Source of the DNA: an uncultured Gammaproteobacteria bacterium
Lineage (GTDB): Bacteria > Patescibacteriota > Microgenomatia > Levybacterales > UBA12049
DNA length: 64,000 bases
Direction: 5' to 3'
NCBI GenBank assembly: GCA_964408485.1
Contig: CAYOZJ010000001.1
Location: 28,366-92,365, forward strand
Made by a program: the position numbers and the translations under genes. A model generated the notes under the pieces. That model was not told the origin of the DNA. It was given only the letters and a program-made list of their open reading frames with translations, and made no database searches. Shown here in pieces: positions 55,811 to 64,000 of the stretch. Position 1 is the stretch's first letter. Each line of letters opens with the position of its first letter.

Positions 55811-56438
55811 ACTGGGCAGAAATTGAGCCTATTTTTCTCGTTTTTCTTTTTTTATTTGTACTGGTGCAACAAAGACAGGTCTTGTTGAAAGAGAAGACCC
55901 TGTACCACCAGATCCTTGTTTTTTCTTCTTTTTTTCTCTTTTACCAAAGTCTCCAAATGATCCCATTTTTTACACCTCCTTTGTGCTTTAATGGTAGCAA
56001 ATTAAAAATATATGAACAAGACCTTGATTTGATATAAATTAGGTAATAGAATTGCATTCAAATTTGCATAAAACAATAGAGAGTGATAGAATTATAGGCC
56101 ATATGGCAATAAGAGCTGACATAAATCCCGAACCTTTCTGGAATGATGATATTCGAGTTGATAGAAATCCCGAACCTTTGCGATGGGCTGATGTTCGAGA
56201 AGAAGTTTTGAACAATACAGCTGGTGAAGGCGTAGGGCAAGATTTCAAGTAAAAAATGCAGAAGAGGATTCATATCAAACCCTCGAACGATTAGAAAGCG
56301 AGATCCATGACAGACATGCAGTTGCTGCAGCAGAAGAATTAACATGGAGACGACCTAATCAATCAAGAGTACCAAAAAGACGGGATGAACTTGATTTTTT
56401 AAAATTTCTACGTGAGCGAGGAAGACTCAAGTCTTAAG

Positions 56439-57311
56439 TTATTTTTCTTCAAAAGATTTTAGCACTTCACTCAATTCATTCGGCAAAGGTGCCTCAAAGT
56501 CCATTTTCTTTCCATTTATTGGATGGGTAAAGGAAATATGCGCTGCGTGAAGAAAAACGCGAGGAAGTACCCTCCTGTCTTCTCTACTTACTTTCCTCCC
56601 GGCATATAGCTCGTCACCAAAAATTGGATGACCAATGTATTGCAAATGGACTCTAATTTGATGTGTTCTACCTGTTTTGGGGAAAAGCCTAACAAAAGAA
56701 AGGATTTCTTTTGTTTTAGGACTTTCTAAATACCTCTCGACTTCGTAATGCGTAACAGATTCCCTACCTCCAGCCACAACACCAAACCGCTTACGATTAA
56801 ATTCTAACCGTCCAACAGGTACATTTATTTCCCCTTTTGCTGGAAGAATTTTCCCATGGGCAAGAGCAATGTAATTTTTCTCAATTACTCTTTCTTTAAA
56901 TTGTTTTTGCAGCTCAATAAAACTATCCAGTGTTTTGGCAACAAGCATAACTCCTGATGTTTCTTTATCAAGGCGGTGAACAATACCTGCGCGGTTGGCA
57001 AAGGCGTCCTCGGGAGGTTCCCAATTGGGATTCCATTGTTCTGGTAAACGTTGTTCTTTAAGTAAACCCGCGCCGCCTGTCGACACTTCGTGCGCAGGCA
57101 AGCTCCTCACTTCGTTCGTCCGCTCCCATTCTCCTTCTTTTCTTTGCGTAATAAGACGGATAGGATTTTTAGGGATATGGAGGTAATCTTGCACCATCTC
57201 TTGCAAAGTAATGACATGTGCAGTTGTGTCTGAGTTATTTACAATTACTCCCGCAGGCTTATTAACAACGAGCAAATCAGTATCCTCATAGATCACATCA
57301 AGCCTACTCAT
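56439..57311 (-). CDS. RluA-family pseudouridine synthase
   Basis: VVNKPAGV and HRLDKETSG catalytic Asp motif. An in-frame insertion of about 45-50 aa lies between the conserved blocks (57000-57149). Confidence 0.85.
   Translation of the reverse strand: MSRLDVIYEDTDLLVVNKPAGVIVNNSDTTAHVITLQEMVQDYLHIPKNPIRLITQRKEGEWERTNEVRSLPAHEVSTGGAGLLKEQRLPEQWNPNWEPPEDAFANRAGIVHRLDKETSGVMLVAKTLDSFIELQKQFKERVIEKNYIALAHGKILPAKGEINVPVGRLEFNRKRFGVVAGGRESVTHYEVERYLESPKTKEILSFVRLFPKTGRTHQIRVHLQYIGHPIFGDELYAGRKVSREDRRVLPRVFLHAAHISFTHPINGKKMDFEAPLPNELSEVLKSFEEK
57000..57149. repeat. repeat-derived in-frame insertion in the RluA-family gene
   Basis: Plus-strand text contains CAAGCTCCTCACTTCGTTCGTCCGCTCCC, closely matching CAGCCTCTCTCACTTCGTTCAGTCCGGCCC in the trmD insertion. 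Encodes TQRKEGEWERTNEVRSLPAHEVSTGGAGLLKEQRLPEQWNPNWEPPEDAF, which is not found in family homologues. Confidence 0.5.
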
Positions 57312-57979
57312 GCTTTTTGTTGTGTCTTTCTAAATTGTGCAATAAGAAAACATACAAAAAGAAGGAAAAAAAGTGCCACAGAAATACTAATATCTATGGG
57401 TAATGCCTTAAAGCGAATAGTAAGAAAGCTTGATATAAGAAAAGCCACATTAACAACAAAAAGACTAATGAGTGCTGCAGATCCATCTTTCCAAGAAAAT
57501 GTATTAGATAATTTTTGCAGTAAGATAAAAAGAATAAGCAAAACGCATGCTTCTATTCCAAATCCAGCGGCAAGGAAAAAGTCTTTTCTGTAAAGCACCT
57601 CCCCTGCCCTCCCAGCAAAAAACATAACTGTGGATAAAAGAAAAGACAAGGTGAAAATATCAAACAACTTTCCCAAAGGGAATTTTTTTCTCATGGCAAA
57701 AAGATACAACACGCTACATCCTCCGAAAAGAAGACCACTCGCAGTAAGTCCTGGAAAATACGGAATAATAAAAAAAACAAAAGGGTTTAAAAAATTCAAT
57801 GAAAAATGTGTTAGAGCGTAAAAAAGTCGTGAGAAGAAAAGTCCACCAAGTCCAACAAAAAATGCGATATCAAAAATGGTTTGTGGTGTAACATTTCGAC
57901 GAAGCAAAACAAAATCATCTTTTGAAAAAACAAAAAGACAAAATAAAAATACGATGATACAAAGCGCAAGAGTAATCAT
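57308..57979 (-). CDS. polytopic membrane protein, unknown function
   Basis: 6-7 predicted TM segments. Start overlaps the MFS gene stop by 4 nt. Confidence 0.45.
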   Translation of the reverse strand: MITLALCIIVFLFCLFVFSKDDFVLLRRNVTPQTIFDIAFFVGLGGLFFSRLFYALTHFSLNFLNPFVFFIIPYFPGLTASGLLFGGCSVLYLFAMRKKFPLGKLFDIFTLSFLLSTVMFFAGRAGEVLYRKDFFLAAGFGIEACVLLILFILLQKLSNTFSWKDGSAALISLFVVNVAFLISSFLTIRFKALPIDISISVALFFLLFVCFLIAQFRKTQQKA

Positions 57980-59235
57980 GAATGTTTTGTTAGTAAGCGA
58001 ATTATACCAATAATGCCAACACTTATCCCAAGTACCATAAGGACTGCTGCCACACCATAAATATCTGCCAACGATCCAACAATAACAATCGGAAGTAACG
58101 AGAGAAGCGATATGAGCGAGTTAAGCGCACCGTATATTTTCCCCCGTACTTCGTCATTTGTTTCTTCCTGAATAAGCGTATTTGCTGGCACAAACATAAA
58201 TGCATTTGCAAGTCCCGAAAAGAAGGCAAGGATCGCCATAAAGTGAATTTGCGTAAATTGGAGAAATGGTGGAACCTGCGTATTGTATGGTTTTATATGA
58301 GACACCACTTCCCCACCAAAAGGCAAAAGAAAAAGCGCTAAGGCTGTTGTGAAGATACCAACATTAATAATTGTTTCTTTAGAAACGTGATGGAAATAAT
58401 TTGTTAACACAAAGGCGCCAACCCCCATACCTACCGCAGCAGGTAAAACAAATAACAATGGAAAACTACTTACGGGAATTTTAAGAATATGCGTTGCAAA
58501 TCCTGGCCCAATAACCGCAATAACTAACACTAAGATTTGTGAAATTGCTAAAAGCAAAAATGAATGAGATATTTTTCTGCTCGCAAAAATGATATGAATT
58601 GCCGATGTAATTTCTCCCCCAATAGTAAGTGTTTTTGCTTTTTTGGATTGTTTTTTTACTTCTTGAGATCGTTTGATAAGACTGGAAAAAATACTAGCGA
58701 GCAAAAACATTCCTGTTAATGCAAAAAAGACATTACTCTGTCCAAAGAAAATAAGAAGTGGTCCAGACAAAGCATAGGCAATAAGAAGTGATCCATAAAA
58801 TGCAATCCCAAAAAGTGCATTGGCCGATAACAACAATTTTTTATCAACAAGAAGTGGAATCATTGGCGTTTCAGCAGGAATAAAAAATTGCGTTGCTGTT
58901 GCAACGGCAAACGTAAGTATATATACACCGATCAAACTACTGTGCATATACGCAAGGATTAAAAGAATGATTGCGCGTACAATATTCGTTATAGTCAATA
59001 CATGTTTTTTGTCCTGATGGTCAACAAATACTCCTGCAAAAATGCCAAAGAGAATTGCTGGGAGTAAAAAGGCAATCATAATCCCCGACACCGCTGTATT
59101 CGAATTCGTTAAGGAAAAAACAACCAAAAGAAGAATGAAATTTGTCATATTGGAAGCAATTTGTGAGAGAACTTCGGCAAGCCAGAGGAATAAAAATGGT
59201 CTATTCTTAAGAGATGCAAAGAGATGATTTTCCAT
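57976..59235 (-). CDS. MFS transporter
   Basis: 12 TM segments with MFS-like loop motifs. Start placed at MENHLF. Confidence 0.75.
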   Translation of the reverse strand: MENHLFASLKNRPFLFLWLAEVLSQIASNMTNFILLLVVFSLTNSNTAVSGIMIAFLLPAILFGIFAGVFVDHQDKKHVLTITNIVRAIILLILAYMHSSLIGVYILTFAVATATQFFIPAETPMIPLLVDKKLLLSANALFGIAFYGSLLIAYALSGPLLIFFGQSNVFFALTGMFLLASIFSSLIKRSQEVKKQSKKAKTLTIGGEITSAIHIIFASRKISHSFLLLAISQILVLVIAVIGPGFATHILKIPVSSFPLLFVLPAAVGMGVGAFVLTNYFHHVSKETIINVGIFTTALALFLLPFGGEVVSHIKPYNTQVPPFLQFTQIHFMAILAFFSGLANAFMFVPANTLIQEETNDEVRGKIYGALNSLISLLSLLPIVIVGSLADIYGVAAVLMVLGISVGIIGIIRLLTKHS

Positions 59236-59288
59236 GCTGTACAAGTATATCACTGCACACAACGTCTGTCAGCAGATTGTAATAGAAG

Positions 59289-59843
59289 TTATACACGTTC
59301 TGTATAAGCACCTGTCCTTGTATCCACCCTAACTGTATCCCCTACGTTAATGAAGAGGGGTACTTTTGTTGAAAGTCCATTTTCGAGTGTTGCTTCTTTG
59401 AAAACATTCGATGCAGAATTACCCTTAACACCTGGTGCAGTATCGGTAACTTTTAAGTCAACTTTTGGCGGCATAAGCAAAGAAAGTGCTTCCGTATCTC
59501 TAAAAGAAACTGGATAATTTTGTCCTTCTTTGAGGAAAGCTGCTTCAGGCAGAATATTTAGCGCAATAGTAACTTGCTCAAAGCTAACTGGATCCATAAA
59601 GTATGCACTATCTCCATCTTGGTATAAGTATTGCATTTCCCGCTTTAAGACAGATACATCTTGTACTTTTTGGCCATTAACATAGCCTTTCTCTGAAATA
59701 CTTCCTGTGCGAAGATTCTTTACTTTTACTTTAATCGTAGCGCTCCCTCTTCCCATTTTAACGTGCTCAAAGGATACTACCTGGAGTAAATTGCCATATT
59801 CCTCATAAATTGCACCCTGGCGAAGGTCATTTACTGAAATCAT
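59289..59843 (-). CDS. efp: elongation factor P
   Basis: MISVNDLRQGAIYEEYGNLLQVVSFEHVKMGRGSATIKVKVKNLRTGS with three OB/KOW domains. Confidence 0.95.
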   Translation of the reverse strand: MISVNDLRQGAIYEEYGNLLQVVSFEHVKMGRGSATIKVKVKNLRTGSISEKGYVNGQKVQDVSVLKREMQYLYQDGDSAYFMDPVSFEQVTIALNILPEAAFLKEGQNYPVSFRDTEALSLLMPPKVDLKVTDTAPGVKGNSASNVFKEATLENGLSTKVPLFINVGDTVRVDTRTGAYTERV

Positions 59844-59884
59844 AAAGACAATTATACTGTTTTGAACTGAGATTTTCCAGTGGG

Positions 59885-60127
59885 CTATGGTCTTCCATTT
59901 TCTGGATCACTTAACCATATATTTAGTAAGGTTCGTTCAAGGCGCATATCCTCAACATCGCTTGTCAATTCTTCAGGAGTTGAAAAACCTCTATCGCCTC
60001 TTGCCCGCCTCGCTACTGCTCTTTCATGTACTCGATTATGATGCGCAGCTGCAACCTCACCTAATAGCCTTCCGGCATCTCGTGGGGTTATTGCTGATAT
60101 TCCGTGTCGTGTTCGATCCGCTGTCAT
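59885..60127 (-). CDS. GC-rich small ORF of doubtful coding status
   Basis: ORFs are present on both strands in a locally GC-rich, Arg-rich stretch. It could equally be a structured RNA. Confidence 0.2.
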   Translation of the reverse strand: MTADRTRHGISAITPRDAGRLLGEVAAAHHNRVHERAVARRARGDRGFSTPEELTSDVEDMRLERTLLNIWLSDPENGRP

Positions 60128-60148
60128 AGAGGGAGAATACCAAGGGGT

Positions 60149-62692
60149 TTATTGTTTGTCAAGATATTTCTCAATCGCTTCTCTATCCCGCTTTGCCCAA
60201 TCAAGATTTGATTCAATTTGCTCTTTTACTTGTCTCATGGCTTTATCGAGTTTGGGATATGGATGAGAGGTAAAAAATGCAAAAATGTCTTTTGCCAAAG
60301 TCTCATCTACAATGCTTGCTGCACCGTCAATAATCCAATCCATTTCTATTCCTTCCATTCTCTCTAATAATTCGTCCCAATGATCTTTTACAAATTGCCA
60401 TGTTACCTGCCATCCTTTTTTATTTCCAAAACTTATCACTAAAAATCGTCCGATATCCTGTGTCCTGACATGTTCTGACAAAGAAAAATCTAAGGCCTTC
60501 TTAATGATATTTGGATCTTCAAATAAACACATTGCGTTACCAATTCTATTTTTTTCTGAAGATAATTCTTCTTTGATATAGAGATTTTTAAGAATTTCAA
60601 ATTCTTTTTCTCCACTATTCTCTGCTGTAATGACATACACAATACCACGAACATCGGTGTCAACAGTACTTTTATCTTTAACTGCCTTCTCAAATAATTC
60701 TTTTGCTTTTGCTATTGTCTCTTTATCTTTATACATCCCAAGAGATGAAAGAATGGTGCTTCGTAGTAGAATATCTTCATGTAAATCACCAGCTTTTTTC
60801 TCCCACCCAACTCTTTTACCAACTTCTGAAAAAATACTGCACGCATATGACGCAAATTGTTTTTCTGAATTTTCTGTATCTAATATGTTTTCAACTTTCC
60901 CCAATTTTCCAGCTAAACTTGCCCAGACAATGTAGGAAGTTTCATTTTTATATGATTTTGCCAGTTCTAATGCCTTAACGACAGAGGAATATCCACTTTC
61001 TGCAGAGTCAAATGCATCACGAATAATTCCCATTCTATCAACACTAGGAAGAAGTTTTCCTTCAATTGGTTGTTTTAACACCGAGTAGAGCGCTTCATCA
61101 TAAACTGTTCTAGCAAAACTGGTTTCACCCACATTTAGCTTTATCCATGATGGAGTTTTTGCAAACTCTGTTGATTTTTTATCGAGAAGCAATGTCTCTT
61201 CTTTTCCATCCATACTACTTTTTAGAGGTACAGACCACACTGTTGTATCTTTTGACTGTTTACGGGAAATTGCATTGCTAAAGAATCTCTCCTGCGTAAT
61301 ATGCAGTTTTTCACCAAAACTTTTTACAGAAAGAATTGGATAACCAGGCTTTTGTGTAAAGGTACGCATAATATGGGTCACCTGCTTACCAGACACTTTC
61401 TCTAACGCAATCCACAAATCCTCTGTTTCTGCATTGCCATATGAATGCTTTTTTAAATAATGTCGTAGTCCTTCACGAAAATCCTTTTCACCTAAATAGG
61501 TTGCCACCATTTGAATAATGCTTGCTCCTTTTGAGTAGCTTACTTCATCAAAGTTTTCAGAAATCTTCTCTACACTTGTTATTTTTGATTGAATTGGGTG
61601 GGTATTTTCAAGACTATCCAGCCCCATTGCTCTATTATGGTCTAGTACTGCAAACTGCTCCCACACTTTCCATTCAGGGAAGAATTTGTCCATCCCCGCA
61701 TATTCCATGTAGGATGCAAATCCTTCATTAAGCCACAGGTCTTCCCACCACTTCATGGTAACTAAATTACCAAACCACATGTGTGTTAATTCATGCGCAA
61801 TAACTGTTGCAACCCATTGCTTGTTAGCAGCAGAGGTCTGCTCGGAGTCAACAAGAATTGCTACTTCGCGAGCGGTAATTGCTCCCCAATTTTCCATTGC
61901 TCCTGCGTCAAAATCAGGAATAGCAATAAGATCCATAACAGGAAGTGGATATTTAATGTCAAAATATTCCTCATAGAATGGCAACATTTTTACTGTTGTA
62001 CTTAGTGCAAATTGCGCTTGTGATTTTTTCCCAGGAGTTACATATACCCGCACCCTAATTCCACTTGTCGTTGTATCTTCAAGGTATTCAAATTCACCAA
62101 CAATAAATGCCAATGCATAGGTAGCCATTTTGGGAGTTGGGGAAAATGTAACTGTCTTGTATCCATTCTCATGCTCAACAGTATGCGTATCCACTGTATT
62201 AGAAATTGCAGTCAAGTGGCTTGGGATCATAAGGGAAATAGTAAAAATAGCTTTTGCCAATGGATCATCTATAGATGGAAAAACTTCCCGAGCGCCAATT
62301 TCTTCAAATTGTGTTGTTGCTAAATGTCTTGTCTCTCCATTTACAGAATAAGCACTCTTGTACCAACCTTTGAGTTTTTCTCCAATTACTCCTTTGAAAA
62401 CCAGTTGGACTTTGTGTTGACCTTTTTCAATACCTTTTGAAAAATGCAAAACAACTGCCATTTCTTTTTCTTTATAGGAAATTTCTGCTTCTATTTGCTT
62501 CTCCCCTTCCAAAAGCACTGCTTTTGTAACCTCGACATTTTTTGCATGAAGCAAAATGTCTTGTGTAGGTTTTTCTAAAGAAAATGTAATGGTTTCTTCC
62601 CCTGTAAAAGTAAATGCCTGCATATCAGGCTTAAGAAGAATGTCGTATTCTAAGGGTTTTATAATGTGGAGCAATCTGTCTTCTAGATTCAT
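60149..62692 (-). CDS. pepN: M1-family aminopeptidase N
   Basis: GAMEN and HELTHMWFGN...x18...E gluzincin motifs. C-terminal ERAP1-like domain. Confidence 0.9.
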   Translation of the reverse strand: MNLEDRLLHIIKPLEYDILLKPDMQAFTFTGEETITFSLEKPTQDILLHAKNVEVTKAVLLEGEKQIEAEISYKEKEMAVVLHFSKGIEKGQHKVQLVFKGVIGEKLKGWYKSAYSVNGETRHLATTQFEEIGAREVFPSIDDPLAKAIFTISLMIPSHLTAISNTVDTHTVEHENGYKTVTFSPTPKMATYALAFIVGEFEYLEDTTTSGIRVRVYVTPGKKSQAQFALSTTVKMLPFYEEYFDIKYPLPVMDLIAIPDFDAGAMENWGAITAREVAILVDSEQTSAANKQWVATVIAHELTHMWFGNLVTMKWWEDLWLNEGFASYMEYAGMDKFFPEWKVWEQFAVLDHNRAMGLDSLENTHPIQSKITSVEKISENFDEVSYSKGASIIQMVATYLGEKDFREGLRHYLKKHSYGNAETEDLWIALEKVSGKQVTHIMRTFTQKPGYPILSVKSFGEKLHITQERFFSNAISRKQSKDTTVWSVPLKSSMDGKEETLLLDKKSTEFAKTPSWIKLNVGETSFARTVYDEALYSVLKQPIEGKLLPSVDRMGIIRDAFDSAESGYSSVVKALELAKSYKNETSYIVWASLAGKLGKVENILDTENSEKQFASYACSIFSEVGKRVGWEKKAGDLHEDILLRSTILSSLGMYKDKETIAKAKELFEKAVKDKSTVDTDVRGIVYVITAENSGEKEFEILKNLYIKEELSSEKNRIGNAMCLFEDPNIIKKALDFSLSEHVRTQDIGRFLVISFGNKKGWQVTWQFVKDHWDELLERMEGIEMDWIIDGAASIVDETLAKDIFAFFTSHPYPKLDKAMRQVKEQIESNLDWAKRDREAIEKYLDKQ

Positions 62693-62767
62693 AGGAATAA
62701 TTTGTTGAACTGAGTGTAGCTAAAAGTATATAATATGAAAGCTGAAAACGAAAGACTCAGCTTACCC

Positions 62768-62900
62768 GGGCGAGTGGTGGAATGCGAAGTCCGCCGACCA
62801 ATTTTGGCATGAGGCGTATTCGAATAGAATTGAAATCCGATTCAATCGGATTGAAAAGCCGAATGCGAAAATAAGGCGGGGTAGACACGCGGAGCGAAAA
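62768..62900 (+). repeat. family-C intergenic element (copy 2) beginning with a tRNA-Leu-like 5' fragment
   Basis: GGGCGAGTGGTGGAATG resembles the first 17 nt of the adjacent tRNA-Leu (GGGCAAGTGGCGGAATG). Then CGAATAGAATTGAAATCCGATTCAATCGGATTGAAAAGCCGAA... is homologous to 37650-37765. Confidence 0.5.
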
Positions 62901-62947
62901 GGATTTGTTGATCAGATTCAATTAGTAAGTTTAAATAAAGAATATTA

Positions 62948-63034
62948 GGGCAAGTGGCGGAATGGTATACGCGTCAGTCTCAAAAACTGATGGTTATAAT
63001 GACTATGAGGGTTCGAGTCCCTCCTTGCCCACCA
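62948..63034 (+). tRNA. tRNA-Leu (anticodon CAA), CCA encoded
   Basis: Acceptor GGGCAAG/CUUGCCC, anticodon stem UCAGU/ACUGA with loop CUCAAAA, long variable arm, T-stem GAGGG/CCCUC with loop UUCGAGU, 3' ACCA. Confidence 0.85.
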
Positions 63035-63041
63035 GAATAAT

Positions 63042-63635
63042 TTATTTTCCTCCGCCTCCACCCGGAATTGGTCCTGGTCTTTTAACACCCCGTCCAAAAC
63101 CTCTTGGATCTGCCCATCTTGGTGCATTTATTGGTGCATTTGGATCTCCATGTTCATATACACGAGGTCTTCTATCGGCTGGACCAGCTGGTTGGTTTCC
63201 GTTCAGATAATCTGTCCCACCTCCTGGTCCATGACGTAAAGGCTTAAGTCTTCCATGGGTTTGGGCATATTGAGTTGGCGTCATTCCATTATCAACTTGT
63301 GATGGAGAAGGATATCTTGGTTTCCTTAAAAGGAAAGGCAATTTAGAAAAAAATTTCTCCCTGGATTCATTGCCTCTTCTTCTAGAAATTTCTGCTTTTC
63401 TTTCTTCTCTTTCCTCTGGAGTTCGATACCGAACATCATCAATCTGTTGATTCAACGCCTCCTGTTGAACTCTTCTACGATCAGTTGGGCTTAACCTACC
63501 AAGTCGCTTTTCTGCTAAGTGTTTTTCCTCTTGGTAAGGATCATAAAAAAGATAATTCTTATTTTCCCTTTCTAATTGATCCAGATATTCTGTTGCTTCT
63601 CGTTTTACCTGATCTTCTGTTAATCTTTCTACCAC
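63042..63635 (-). CDS. hypothetical protein with Gly/Pro-rich C-terminus
   Basis: Charged N-terminal half followed by a G/P/R-rich low-complexity tail. Confidence 0.45.
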   Translation of the reverse strand: MVERLTEDQVKREATEYLDQLERENKNYLFYDPYQEEKHLAEKRLGRLSPTDRRRVQQEALNQQIDDVRYRTPEEREERKAEISRRRGNESREKFFSKLPFLLRKPRYPSPSQVDNGMTPTQYAQTHGRLKPLRHGPGGGTDYLNGNQPAGPADRRPRVYEHGDPNAPINAPRWADPRGFGRGVKRPGPIPGGGGGK

Positions 63636-63689
63636 AGCACTATTATACTCCTGACCGTCAAATCAGGCTAAATACAATAAATCCCGGAC

Positions 63690-63712
63690 GTGCCGGGATT
63701 TATATAATGCAA
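63690..63712. terminator. bidirectional hairpin AAATCCCGGACGTGCCGGGATTT
   Basis: Perfect 8-bp GC-rich stem flanked by A/T runs, between two convergent-looking minus-strand ORFs. Confidence 0.5.
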
Positions 63713-63721
63713 GAGACTAGC

Positions 63722-64000
63722 TTACGCCTTTTTTCCCATTGCATCGAGTTTTGCTTCTATTCTATCTAGACTATCAAGAATTTCATTCAAAACATCTTCT
63801 GCATAGGAATAGTCATCTTCTCCTGCTGGCTTTTTATGCTCTGGCATAGGAGCAACAGGCATTGGTGCAGATGCTAAATCTGCCATTGGATTAACTGCTG
63901 GTGCAGGCATAGCAGGCTCTGGTGCTACTTGCATAGGTTCTGGCATAACAGGCGCTGGTGGCGGTGGTGTCATTCCTGCAACGTCGCTCATACTATTCAT
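63722..64000 (-). CDS. Pro/Ala/Met-rich small protein with C-terminal coiled coil
   Basis: The ATG is the last codon of the window (63998-64000). The PxxP-rich N-terminal half ends in ...LDSLDRIEAKLDAMGKKA. Confidence 0.4.
   Translation of the reverse strand: MNSMSDVAGMTPPPPAPVMPEPMQVAPEPAMPAPAVNPMADLASAPMPVAPMPEHKKPAGEDDYSYAEDVLNEILDSLDRIEAKLDAMGKKA

Noticed and set aside
55780-56037. Plus-strand 85-aa ORF after the LytR_C gene
   Set aside because: It lies antisense to a short minus-strand ORF (MGSFGDFGKREKKKKKQ...) that has a strong AGGAGGTG RBS. Neither is convincing, but the plus-strand one lacks any start context.
62768-62905. Possible intron-containing tRNA starting GGGCGAGTGGTGGAATG
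   Set aside because: No complementary 3' acceptor strand (CTCGCCC) or T-arm could be found downstream, so it cannot fold as a tRNA. It is treated as a tRNA-like fragment inside the family-C element.

Overview
This is an AT-rich, gene-dense bacterial chromosomal segment that looks like a reduced-genome organism. Leaderless starts, many small basic ORFs, a complete type IV pilus locus with no secretin, and short (domain-reduced) ThrRS and PheT support that; affiliation with the Candidate Phyla Radiation/Patescibacteria is an inference only. Recognisable housekeeping genes are thrS-infC-rpmI-rplT, pheS-pheT, a class A PBP, a HisC-like aminotransferase, tyrS, recG, rpmF, nusB, rnc, rpsP, a KH protein, trmD, holB, an HhH-GPD glycosylase, gyrB-ppa-gyrA, folD, yebC, an RluA-family synthase, an MFS transporter, efp and pepN. 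There are two tRNAs, Val-GAC and Leu-CAA. A ~16.6-kb minus-strand type IV pilus locus runs pilB-pilT-pilC, pilin, two GT-C membrane proteins (one TMEM260/DUF2723-like with TPR repeats), pilD, three tandem major-pilin paralogs, three pseudopilins, a PilX-like protein and pilMNO. A tyrosine-recombinase neighbourhood at 46.3-52.4 kb carries hypothetical cargo, direct repeats and a ~1-kb ORF-free stretch. The most unusual feature is a family of short hairpin repeats (GTCATYC...GRATC / GATT...AATGAC). They lie in many intergenic spacers, and they are also inserted in-frame inside four housekeeping genes: recG, the HhH-GPD glycosylase, trmD and the RluA-family synthase. Other observations are a recurrent ~80-120-nt terminator-containing RNA motif (four copies, two with matching promoters), a conserved leader upstream of thrS and pheS, and a GC-rich ORF-free island with RNase P RNA-like conserved blocks. 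No rRNA and no CRISPR array were seen.
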